A stretch of 64,000 bases of DNA from a virus (taxonomy: Duplodnaviria > Caudoviricetes), in the IMG/VR virus record IMGVR_UViG_3300036770_007283; one strand, written 5' to 3'. Made by a program: the position numbers and the translations under genes. This document shows, piece by piece, positions 37,714 to 46,610 of the stretch; within the stretch, counting starts at the first letter, position 1, and each line of letters begins with the position of its first letter. The notes below the pieces were generated by a model. That model saw only the letters and a list, made by a program, of their open reading frames with translations, made no database searches and was not told the origin of the DNA.

Positions 37714-38744
37714 ACTTTTTTTCCTAAGGCACTTTCAAGTAGGGAAAGTGACAAACCCTTTTGTTCCATATATTCATCTACCTTACAAATAGCCCTGATT
37801 GGTAAGCCGTCAGTTAGAACCGTCATATATTTATCATAATCATCTTGCCAAACGGTTAATTCGGCGGTGGAACCTTCTGCATCCTCGACTAAATACTTGG
37901 CAAATTTTCTACCTATATTTTTACCACGTTTAATTTTAAATTCCTTAACCATAGCCTTGATAATTACTTCAATCTTAACCTTAGTTCCAGAAGGAATCTG
38001 GGGGATCTTTCTCAATGGCGTAACATTAGAATCCTGCCGAAAGAAACCTTTGAAAACCTCATGGAGAGAACCGCTGATTGTTCTGCCCAAAACCTCTCTC
38101 TCGTTGGTGAGCAGATCCTTGCGCTCCCATTCTTCATGGTACGTAGGGAATACAATGTCATCAATAGTTTTTCCTTTCTTTTTTTCTTTATTGATCAAAT
38201 CACGATAATGTGAGTGGTTTTCAAAAATATCCTTTCTGGTTCTTCCAAAAGAAGTAAAAGCACCAGCCTTAGACATTGACTCCATGACTCTTTTATTTAC
38301 TACCCTTGCATTTGTTCTAAAGAAAAAATCCTCAATCGAAGCAAAGGGTTGCAATGAGATGATTTCTTGAATTGCAGTATCGCCAACACCCTTAATCGCT
38401 GTTAAGCCTGTAACAATAGTTCCATCTTCCTTGGTAACATAACTGCCGGTGCTTTTGTTAACATCTGGTGGGGTAATGGAAATGCCCATCTTGGAGCATT
38501 CGGAAATATATTCTAAGGTTTTATCAGAGTTAGGATCCTCGCTGTTAAGCAATGCACACATAAATTGTGTAGGATAATGACATCTCAACCAAGCAGTATA
38601 ATAAGAAATATGTGAATAAGAAACTGAGTGAGAATTAGAAGTAAGCATACCGTTAGATAAATAATATTGGTGATCAGGATGCTCTACTTCTAGATCATAA
38701 GTATCCATCATCCCAACTTCTTTTACTGATTTAATTTTAGCCAA
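37710..38744 (-). CDS. dnaE: DNA polymerase III alpha, C-terminal half, fused to a split-intein C-fragment
   Basis: After 37 aa of IntC the sequence continues SHSVSYSHISYYTAWLRCHYPTQFMCALL, PPDVNKS, HhH GLTAIKGVG, ERE.LG and an OB fold. TTG start with an AGGAGG RBS. Confidence 0.95.
   Translation of the reverse strand: MAKIKSVKEVGMMDTYDLEVEHPDHQYYLSNGMLTSNSHSVSYSHISYYTAWLRCHYPTQFMCALLNSEDPNSDKTLEYISECSKMGISITPPDVNKSTGSYVTKEDGTIVTGLTAIKGVGDTAIQEIISLQPFASIEDFFFRTNARVVNKRVMESMSKAGAFTSFGRTRKDIFENHSHYRDLINKEKKKGKTIDDIVFPTYHEEWERKDLLTNEREVLGRTISGSLHEVFKGFFRQDSNVTPLRKIPQIPSGTKVKIEVIIKAMVKEFKIKRGKNIGRKFAKYLVEDAEGSTAELTVWQDDYDKYMTVLTDGLPIRAICKVDEYMEQKGLSLSLLESALGKKV
38634..38744 (-). mobile_element. 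Split intein C-fragment (IntC, 37 aa)
   Basis: MAKIKSVKEVGMMDTYDLEVEHPDHQYYLSNGMLTSN|S: block F YDLEV..H, block G TSN, +1 Ser. Confidence 0.93.
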
Positions 38745-38752
38745 AAAACCTC

Positions 38753-39559
38753 CTAGTTTGGTTCTGGTGTCCCATTTATTTCTAGATTCAGAAATTCATC
38801 CATCTCTTCTGAACTAGTACTGGGTCCAAAAATTCTTTCGTTAGCTATTTTAATATACTTCTCTTCTTGTTCAATTAAGATAAAATCTCTATCTAAATTC
38901 TTGCAGGCTACACCCGTCGTTCCACTTCCCGCGCAATTATCTAAAACTATTTCCCCAGGGTTGGTATAAGTCTTTATTAAATATTCAAATAAAGAAACCG
39001 GCTTCACCGTAGGATGAGAACCGCTAGTATCGGTATTAAATTTCTGCCAAGAAGACGGGACCCTTAATTCTGGAACTTCGACAATACCACGGCCTTTGAA
39101 TTTTCTATAGTTTTCAGACCTGGTGTTATGATCTTTACGATATCGCTTTGTATGCTTCTTACCAGTGGCAGATGTTCTTTCCTGCATCTGCTTGTTATAA
39201 GTCCATTTTCCTCTTGAAAAAATTAGAACCTGCTCATGCTCTTTGAAAGGTTCTCTGACTGTATTTGCAAAATTACTTCCACGATTTTTAATCCAAATCC
39301 ATTCGTGACGAAACATCTTTGGGTTAGACATAACTAAAGCACTAGAAAAAGGTTGGGAAGCAGTCAGGGCTATAACTGCATTAGGTTTTGTAATTCTTTT
39401 ATATTGTTCCCAAAGTTTATCAAAAGGGATTACTGTATCCCATTTGTTTTGGGTAATTCCATAAGGTAAATCACAAAGAATCATATCTATGGAACCATCA
39501 TCTATCTTCTTCATTACTTCTAAGCAATCACCCTGATATATCTTGTTTTTTTCTAGCAT
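38753..39559 (-). CDS. DNA N4-cytosine/N6-adenine methyltransferase (beta class)
   Basis: IYQGDCLEVMK, ILCDLPYG, HPTVKPVSLFEYLIKTYTNPG, VLDNCAGSGTT. Its stop codon overlaps the dnaE-C RBS. Confidence 0.92.
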   Translation of the reverse strand: MLEKNKIYQGDCLEVMKKIDDGSIDMILCDLPYGITQNKWDTVIPFDKLWEQYKRITKPNAVIALTASQPFSSALVMSNPKMFRHEWIWIKNRGSNFANTVREPFKEHEQVLIFSRGKWTYNKQMQERTSATGKKHTKRYRKDHNTRSENYRKFKGRGIVEVPELRVPSSWQKFNTDTSGSHPTVKPVSLFEYLIKTYTNPGEIVLDNCAGSGTTGVACKNLDRDFILIEQEEKYIKIANERIFGPSTSSEEMDEFLNLEINGTPEPN

Positions 39560-39678
39560 TTCAAAATCCCGTAGGTTAGGTATAGCTAGTATACCTAGAG
39601 CAATCCTAATATTACTCTATTTTTAGAACCAAGTTTGGAAAACTTAAACCAACTTCATTTATACTCAAAAATATATTT

Positions 39679-40932
39679 TTATTGAACTATTCTTAGCTTA
39701 GTTGTGCTGACGTTAGTTATTTCACAATCTTGTTCTTCATCACCACGAGGTACCTGGCTTGATAATCCAGAAGCTAAAGTAATGTTGTGATTGCCATTAG
39801 CGTTAATAACATCAGCAACTATAGAACCATAAAAAGAAGCATTGCCATTTGGGTAGACTGTTGATTCTGGTGCATAAATGGTTCCATTAAAAGTGCTAGA
39901 GCCATTTATTCTAACTACTCTTTCACCAATAACCCTTATCTCAAAACACTCCGGATGATCTGCATTGCCAGTAACACCACCATTTAAATTTACATTACCA
40001 TTAACATATAAAATGGTTGGACTAGTACATCCATCAGATGTGCCAGAAATATTAATCATTTCTCTTGCCGTTCTTTGCTCCAAATCACCATCAACATAAT
40101 AAACTTCACCTTCTTGAAGTGTAGTGACTATAGTTGTATTAGAACCCCTACCCACACGAACACCATTAGGTAGGGCATGATAACTTTCAGGATAATCCAC
40201 TGGACTGATTGGAATTTCCATACCCATAGGTGTAGAGTCGCCTGTGAAGTTATAAGCAGAACCCCTAGAGTCTATGCAAGGGGTTCCTACATCATATTCA
40301 CAATCTGGACCCATATGAATATCTATTCCGTTTTGTACATTAAGACTACCGCCCAAAGTTATCCCACCGGAGTTAGTACAAGCAGATGCGCCGGCAGTTA
40401 CCTCATCTATTCTTAGATCAAAATTTCCACTTAGTTCCAATTGAGAATTGGCAAAGATTAAGCAGGGCCAATCACCATCGTTAGTAGGGACACACTCTTC
40501 TTCTAAGGTAGCAACCTTACCAGCAATAGAAGTTGCATGAACATGGTAAGTATAGTATCCAAACATTCCACCAAATATAGATGGAATATTGGATTCTGTA
40601 GTTATTTTTACATAATCACCATTATCCATATCTAAGATCCACTCACCACCTTGATTAAAGGTACCAATTTCAGTGGTAACATTTTCAGAGGTTATAGTGG
40701 CTCCATAGACGGTATGGCTTGTAGCAATAGAGGTTGCTTCTTCAGATACAGTAGTAGTGTTATTACTACCATCATCTTCACTGCCAAGATAGGCGGCGGA
40801 AGAAATTGCGGAAGTATCTGCGGCAGTTTGCAACTGCGCCTTAGAATAAGTCATAAGACCATAATCTATGGAAAGCGCTGCAAATCCAATAAATATGGGA
40901 AGTGAAATACTAAAATAAGTAGCAGTAGACAT
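39679..40932 (-). CDS. TadG/TadE-like pilin-domain protein with C-terminal beta-rich domain
   Basis: N-terminal FSISLPIFIGFAALSIDYG...AQLQTAADTSAISSA matches the Tad/Flp pilus-assembly N-terminal domain. C-terminal FNGTIYAPESTV...FYGSIVAD repeats. Confidence 0.8.
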   Translation of the reverse strand: MSTATYFSISLPIFIGFAALSIDYGLMTYSKAQLQTAADTSAISSAAYLGSEDDGSNNTTTVSEEATSIATSHTVYGATITSENVTTEIGTFNQGGEWILDMDNGDYVKITTESNIPSIFGGMFGYYTYHVHATSIAGKVATLEEECVPTNDGDWPCLIFANSQLELSGNFDLRIDEVTAGASACTNSGGITLGGSLNVQNGIDIHMGPDCEYDVGTPCIDSRGSAYNFTGDSTPMGMEIPISPVDYPESYHALPNGVRVGRGSNTTIVTTLQEGEVYYVDGDLEQRTAREMINISGTSDGCTSPTILYVNGNVNLNGGVTGNADHPECFEIRVIGERVVRINGSSTFNGTIYAPESTVYPNGNASFYGSIVADVINANGNHNITLASGLSSQVPRGDEEQDCEITNVSTTKLRIVQ

Positions 40933-40990
40933 TTTGTATACCTAGAATTTGTTATTTATAGTTACAATAAATATTGAAAAATATTCTTTT

Positions 40991-42205
40991 TCAAGATTTA
41001 ATCTCTGTTTTCTGGGCAACAGGGACTATACACTCCTGTTCTAAAGGTAACCAATAAAATCCTGTTCTATTAATCCCCTTTAATCGTTGTTCCCTGCTAA
41101 TTGCAGGCAACTGAAGGGCAATATTCTGGGATGCATTTAAATCCGAGTTTCCTGTGTATCCACAGGATCTGCATTTAAATAACAATCCTTTCCTATTCCC
41201 CTTACGAACCCAACCGCACTGGAAACACCTTTGACTTGTGTAAGTAGGGCTAACCTTAATAATCTGGACACCAGCATCTTTAAGTTTAGAATCCAACTTT
41301 TCAAATAGTTCCCTGTAATTCCAATGAGAAAGGTTGCGGCTTGACTTTCTTCCCTTTCTCATATTTCTAATGTTCTCCCTTCTAACTACCTTTATATTCT
41401 GTATATTCAGTCTGTTTACAGACCAATTTATGTAGTTAGTACGGTGTGCTTCTGCTCTCCTAAATCCCTTGGAACCCTTTTTCTTCCTTGCTAATTTTTG
41501 ACAAATAGCTTTGTAATTGTGACCATGGTTATCCTTGTCAACTACTTGACCATTTGAACAAGACAAAATAGAATTTTGCCCTATATCTATCCCTAGGGTT
41601 TCCCCAGATTCCCTTTCTCTAGGTTCCTCCAATTCAAAACCAAACGTTATGGAATCTTTTGATAACCTAACTCCTGCTTTTAGTGTTCCTGAGGCTAACA
41701 TTTTATTGAAGTGCTTTGTTTTCTTAAAAGGTATCTTTATAGTTAGCTTATTACCAAGAGAAGATAGGGTTACCCAACCATCGAAGATGGTATCATTATC
41801 CAAGTCTATTTTAACAAACCTAGAATCTAACTCTGGTTTAATATCTCCAACTAAAGGCTTTGAAGCAATATTTTTGTTATAGATTTGCTGAATTTTTCTG
41901 GCTTTCTTAAACATACCTTGAGCATTGAACTTATTTATTTGCCAAAGCCTTCGGCTTTGTTTAGCTTTAGTTCCACGGACAATAGCAGAAGCCTGTTTAC
42001 CAGCAGCTTGCAATGCTCTTGCAGATAACCAAGTTTGAATCTGGGAAGTTATTCTCTTATCAAGCAGGGCAGGAATTTTATCCATATCCCAAAGGGGATC
42101 TATGAAAAGGGTAGTAACCCTCTGGTATTCTGCAATAAAAAGGGAAAGGTTTTCCATTTTAACCTTTCTGCAGAATTTGGTAGTTACTTTAGTTGACTTT
42201 ACCAT
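40991..42205 (-). mobile_element. tnpB: TnpB-family RNA-guided nuclease without an adjacent transposase (IS1341-like/solo tnpB)
   Basis: RuvC-I GIDIG, RuvC-II RRENI, zinc finger CFQCG...CRSCG, RuvC-III NSDLNASQNI. All three acidic catalytic positions are present. Confidence 0.9.
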
Positions 42206-42264
42206 GATTTATATAGAAATATTACTATAATTTTAAATTTATTTTAATAAATAATATAAAGGAA

Positions 42265-42723
42265 TCAAATACATTCTTCAGAGCAGAAGTTACCCTCTTC
42301 ACCACATACTATAAAAGTATTAGGAATTACACCTTTACATTTATAAGTCTTCATTTTTTTAGTCCATTCCTCTTTGGTTTGGCATTCTTCTAAGGAAATT
42401 AATAAAGCCTCCACTTCGTTGGTTTCTTTTAAAATAAAAGTCATCCAGCCTTGGAAGTTACCAACCCGCCAAACATTTGCACCGAAATGGTAAGCATACA
42501 AATCTTCTTTTTGAAAGTGTTCCCTATTTAATTTTATTAAGCCACCTAATGTAGCATGGTCACTGAAGTCTGGAATGGCACCATCCGGTGGCAACAAGCC
42601 TTCATCATTAATCCTACCACAAATATTTATATCAAGTGGAAAAAACCAACGCATACCTGGCAACCACTTCCAATTCTTACAGATTAAAGTTTTGAGTCCT
42701 AAATCTATTTTGTCTTGCAGCAT
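42265..42723 (-). CDS. Hypothetical protein
   Basis: 152 aa; CKNWKWLPGM...PDFSDHATLGGL pattern typical of phage accessory ORFs. Confidence 0.55.
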   Translation of the reverse strand: MLQDKIDLGLKTLICKNWKWLPGMRWFFPLDINICGRINDEGLLPPDGAIPDFSDHATLGGLIKLNREHFQKEDLYAYHFGANVWRVGNFQGWMTFILKETNEVEALLISLEECQTKEEWTKKMKTYKCKGVIPNTFIVCGEEGNFCSEECI

Positions 42724-42749
42724 GTTATTTATCTTTTGTCCAAATTATT

Positions 42750-43070
42750 TTAGTTACTATCTAATGCTGCTCTAACTGCTGCATCTTTAGATTCTAGCAA
42801 TTTTCTAAGTGCAACTTCTGTTTCAGGGCTATAAGGCGCTCGTCTAGCAACTTGTTCGGCCAACTCAGCAAATGGTCTTGAAACCTCTTGTAACTTTGGT
42901 GGTAAATGATCAAATTTGAAATATTTTAAAGTTGGTGATAATTGGTATTGACTATAAACAACCAAATCATTTAAAGTCGGTACTGGCATAGAAACCATAA
43001 CCTCACCAGAACGAACCTTGGCACATCCATTTGCCATACAATCTGGATTTGCACAACAGCATGTAATCAT
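42750..43070 (-). CDS. Small helical-hairpin protein with Cys-rich N-terminus
   Basis: YFKFDHLPPKLQEVSRPFAELA...ETEVALRKLLESKDAAVRAAL; GAGG RBS. Confidence 0.6.
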   Translation of the reverse strand: MITCCCANPDCMANGCAKVRSGEVMVSMPVPTLNDLVVYSQYQLSPTLKYFKFDHLPPKLQEVSRPFAELAEQVARRAPYSPETEVALRKLLESKDAAVRAALDSN

Positions 43071-43115
43071 ATAAACTCCTCCCTTTAAATTGTTTTACAA
43101 ATTAAACTAAGATTT

Positions 43116-43433
43116 TCATCCATAATGTTCGCTATTTTTAATTGCTGTAATTATATCTTCATAAGCAGCAGCGCACAGCGGAATGTCAGCAGATTCCATT
43201 CTTTTGTTGAGAAATTCTAAGATTAATTTTCTCTCTCGCATTTCTCCCAAAACCTCACTGGCTTCTGGTGGTGGCCAAGACGATCTTGCTTCATAATCCT
43301 GAATTATATTATCTGCTTTGCTTACTAGTTGCCAGACCCATTCTGCTGCAAACTCTTTATCCTCCAGCCTAAGAAAAAACTCCTCAATAAAATCATCTTT
43401 TGTGTACAGCATAACACCCTCACTTATTAACAA
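43116..43433 (-). CDS. Hypothetical protein
   Basis: Likely start at the ATG at 43412 (GAGG RBS), just after the dnaE-N stop. Confidence 0.55.
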   Translation of the reverse strand: MLISEGVMLYTKDDFIEEFFLRLEDKEFAAEWVWQLVSKADNIIQDYEARSSWPPPEASEVLGEMRERKLILEFLNKRMESADIPLCAAAYEDIITAIKNSEHYG

Positions 43434-46074
43434 CTATTTCTAATTTATCTTCTAAAATTTTCCAGAGCGGCAACATTTCGCCTGTATTAGTTCTAAATTT
43501 ATGATTGATTGTACAAACTGTTTTTGAGCCATCGTCTAATTCTACTTCAAATACTTTTAATTTTCCGTGATAATGATTATCCTTGACAGGGATCATAATA
43601 TCTTGTCCCGTTTCTTCATTTCTGCTACGAACCCAACAGCCTGGTTCAACATTTCTGATTGGAATATCTTTCCACTCTCTAGCATCAGAATCTCTGTATA
43701 CCCGGATTAATTCATCAAACTTCAAGGAGCGATTAAAGCCATATAATCCGAATGGTTCGATTTGCTCATCCCAAATTCTTTTGGCTTCTTCATATTTCAT
43801 ACCAGATACTTTCATGCAGTCAGCAATAAAGTTAGCCTCTGTTTTTAAAACTAGATCTGGATCTTTACCTTTTAATTTTGTAATTTTCCTTAGTGCATCT
43901 GCTTGGTTAAGATCCCAACCTGCACAATCCTTGGCAATGGTCATCATGCCTTCTTCATAAAGAGAAACACCATAAGTCTTCTTTAATGAATTTTCCATTT
44001 TAGGATGGATGTATTCGATTTCTTCTACTCCAAGTTTTCTGTTGATATAATCGTTCCTCTGTTCTGGTGAACAAGAAGGTCTGCCTAGTGCATTAATGTC
44101 AGAAATTTCTTCAATATTTTTTGGCTTAATCTTCATACAAAGTGGGGTAAGTGATGACTCCAATTGAAAGACGCCGGCAGTTTCACCACGTCCAATCATT
44201 TTAAAAGTTTCTGTATCACCTAAGGGAATATCTTCAATAGTTATTTTTTTACTTTTGGTTTCTTGAATTATATTAAAGGTATCAGTAATTACGTTTAATG
44301 TATTTAGACCAAGAAGATCCATTTTAACTAGACCGAAATCTTCGCACCTAGTTTTCTCCCATTGGGTAACCACCAAGCCGGTTTCTGCATCAATTCTAAG
44401 GGGGACAATCTCGTATAGTGGACGATCACTAATTACAACCCCAGCGGCATGAACACTCCAATTCCTTGTCAGTCCTTGAAGCTTGCAGGCATTTTCATAT
44501 AGTTCTGGATATTTCTTCATATATGAAGCAAACTCTTTACTTTCTTTCATTGCCTGTTCTACTGTCTCTGTATCTGGCATGATAGAAGTTAAATGATTTG
44601 CAATTTTAAAGGCTTCTGATTTATCACCACCTAGCTCTAGACTTCTAGCTACGTCTTTAATAATCACCTTTGGTGACAGTGTAGACCAATTGCTGATGGA
44701 AGCGACTTTATCTTCCCCATATTTTTCTTTCAGATATTCTTTCACCTTGGCCGGGTCTGCGAAGTCTGAGTCAATATCTGGAAAGCTTTTCTTTTCTTTA
44801 TTCTGAAATCTTTCAAACAGGAGGTCGTACTTAATGGGGTCAACTGTAGTGATGCCAGTTAAAAATGCAACAATAGAGCCGGCACAACTTCCTCTTGCAG
44901 GCGAGCAAGGCATTCCTTGTGACTTAGCCCAATTTACGAAGTCTGCCACAATAAGCATATAAGAAGAAAAGTTTTTCTCTTCCATTACACTTAATTCTTT
45001 TTTAACCCTATCCCAGTATTCTTTCTTCTGTTCATCTTCTAGATGGCCTAATTTTTCTTTAAATCCGGCCATACATTTATATCTCAAATAGGACTTATCT
45101 TCTTCTATATCAGGACAAACCTTGGAAGACCAACCCTTAAATTTTTGATATTCGTTTTCTTTTTGAACTGGAAACTTAGGAAGAATCGCACCCTTTGGTT
45201 CAATATAGGTAGGATTATCACAGGCGTTTAAAATCTTGATAGAATTCTCCATGCCTTTCTTGGCAACATCTGGACCAAAGAAGGATGTAATTTCTTCATA
45301 TGTTTTAAGGTACATATCTTGCACGCCATAACGAAATCTATCAGGATCGTTGATTGGCTTTTTGTCTTTAATAGCTAACATAAAATCGTGATACTTGGCA
45401 TGGTCTTTATCTCGATAGTGGGCATCACAAGTAATAACATAGGGGATGCTCTTATCATGCGATAGTCGAATCATTGCTTCATTTAGCTTTCTCTGGCTAA
45501 CTTCCTTGCCAGTTTTGCCTGTAGCCTGGAGGTCATGTGGCTGGATTTCAAGAAAGAATCTATCTTTAAAAATAGCATTAAATCGATCAAGATAACAAAG
45601 AGCTTCTTGCTCATTTCCTTCTGTAATTAAAGTTTTGGCAATCAAACCATTAGAACAAGCGGTAAGGGCAATAACACCCTGGTTGAACTGCTCGATATGT
45701 TCCCAAGAAATTCTGGGCGTTTGTTTACCCATATACCCAGAGACTTGGTTGCGGTAAGCCTCATAATTTAGTCGTAGAATATTTCGATAACCTACTTCAT
45801 TTTGTGCAAGTAGAACAAGGTGATAATTCTTCTTATCAGATAGATCTGGTGCGAAGTACGCCTCCATACCTGGAATTAACTTAACGCCATGCTTCTTACT
45901 TGCTTTCCAAGCATCAAAAATAGCTGTCATAGTACCATGATCTGTGACTGCTACGCCTGGATGATCTACTTCTTTAGCGCGAATAAAAAGGTCTTCCACA
46001 TCATTCATACCATCCAAAGGTGAACCCAATTCAGTATGGTTGTGCAAAGACACAAATGGTCCTGAAATACCCAT
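43420..46074 (-). CDS. dnaE: DNA polymerase III alpha, N-terminal half (PHP + palm + fingers), fused to a split-intein N-fragment
   Basis: PHP motifs LHNHT, TDHG, CDAHY; RGSCAGS; catalytic PDIDSDF; HAAGVVI; KMDLLGL. The extein ends LYGFNR at aa 782. Confidence 0.96.
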   Translation of the reverse strand: MGISGPFVSLHNHTELGSPLDGMNDVEDLFIRAKEVDHPGVAVTDHGTMTAIFDAWKASKKHGVKLIPGMEAYFAPDLSDKKNYHLVLLAQNEVGYRNILRLNYEAYRNQVSGYMGKQTPRISWEHIEQFNQGVIALTACSNGLIAKTLITEGNEQEALCYLDRFNAIFKDRFFLEIQPHDLQATGKTGKEVSQRKLNEAMIRLSHDKSIPYVITCDAHYRDKDHAKYHDFMLAIKDKKPINDPDRFRYGVQDMYLKTYEEITSFFGPDVAKKGMENSIKILNACDNPTYIEPKGAILPKFPVQKENEYQKFKGWSSKVCPDIEEDKSYLRYKCMAGFKEKLGHLEDEQKKEYWDRVKKELSVMEEKNFSSYMLIVADFVNWAKSQGMPCSPARGSCAGSIVAFLTGITTVDPIKYDLLFERFQNKEKKSFPDIDSDFADPAKVKEYLKEKYGEDKVASISNWSTLSPKVIIKDVARSLELGGDKSEAFKIANHLTSIMPDTETVEQAMKESKEFASYMKKYPELYENACKLQGLTRNWSVHAAGVVISDRPLYEIVPLRIDAETGLVVTQWEKTRCEDFGLVKMDLLGLNTLNVITDTFNIIQETKSKKITIEDIPLGDTETFKMIGRGETAGVFQLESSLTPLCMKIKPKNIEEISDINALGRPSCSPEQRNDYINRKLGVEEIEYIHPKMENSLKKTYGVSLYEEGMMTIAKDCAGWDLNQADALRKITKLKGKDPDLVLKTEANFIADCMKVSGMKYEEAKRIWDEQIEPFGLYGFNRSLKFDELIRVYRDSDAREWKDIPIRNVEPGCWVRSRNEETGQDIMIPVKDNHYHGKLKVFEVELDDGSKTVCTINHKFRTNTGEMLPLWKILEDKLEIVVNK
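43423..43728 (-). mobile_element. Split intein N-fragment (IntN, 102 aa, Ser1)
   Basis: Begins SLKFDELI, has IPIRNV, VFEVELDDG and block B CTINHKF, and ends LPLWKILEDKLEIVVNK-stop. No endonuclease. Confidence 0.92.
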
Positions 46075-46132
46075 ATTTCCTCCAGAATATTCTTTTGAAA
46101 TTATTGCAATATTCTCTTTTGTTTAGAAACAA

Positions 46133-46159
46133 ATGGGCCGCCTTATTTTGGCGGCCCAT
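46133..46159. terminator. GC-rich hairpin terminator upstream of dnaE-N
   Basis: 10-bp stem ATGGGCCGCC/GGCGGCCCAT with a 7-nt loop; T-rich flanks on both strands. Confidence 0.75.
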
Positions 46160-46171
46160 ATTTTATTTGTT

Positions 46172-46588
46172 TTAATCTACCAGATCGGCAATGTTAGTGT
46201 ATACTTCTGTAGTAATTTTAGGATCGATATCCTGTTTTAGCATCTTAATGGCTGCATCAATTTCTTTCTTTGGAACACCATTTTGCTTTGCATCAGAAAT
46301 TAGCTGACGCTTTTCATCTACCGCCTCTTCAACTTGTTCTACATAACTTTGGATGGTGGTGCTATTTTGGATTAAGGCTTTTCTCTCTTCCTTTAAGGAT
46401 TTGATTTGCTCATCAATATTTTCAATCTCACTGTTGGAAAGGATAGCCTCGCGCAAATCTGCTTTAGCATCACGAATTTTATCTCCCAATTCAGAAAGAC
46501 TCTTTACAAACTGTCTAACGGTTTCCTTGTCTGCTACCTTGGGCTCGGTAGCCAATGGATTAAAACTAGCCACAAATTCACTTGACAT
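46172..46588 (-). CDS. Coiled-coil DNA-binding protein, GapR/DsbA-like
   Basis: C-terminal EKRQLISDAKQNGVPKKEIDAAIKMLKQD resembles the DUF2312/GapR and T4 DsbA pattern; strong AGGAGG RBS. Confidence 0.45.
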   Translation of the reverse strand: MSSEFVASFNPLATEPKVADKETVRQFVKSLSELGDKIRDAKADLREAILSNSEIENIDEQIKSLKEERKALIQNSTTIQSYVEQVEEAVDEKRQLISDAKQNGVPKKEIDAAIKMLKQDIDPKITTEVYTNIADLVD

Positions 46589-46610
46589 TCAGCCTCCTCA
46601 AACATTTATA

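Noticed and set aside
39589-40946. 11-bp direct repeat GTATACCTAGA at 39589..39599 and 40936..40946 flanking the TadG-like gene
   Set aside because: It could mark an insertion, but it contains the AGGTAT RBS-like motif used elsewhere (near 14430) and is short in AT-rich DNA. Insufficient without an empty-site allele.
38745-43419. The dnaE halves as a pseudogene or an assembly break
   Set aside because: Both halves have intact catalytic motifs, complementary intein fragments with proper splice residues, their own start signals, and a contiguous cargo operon between them.
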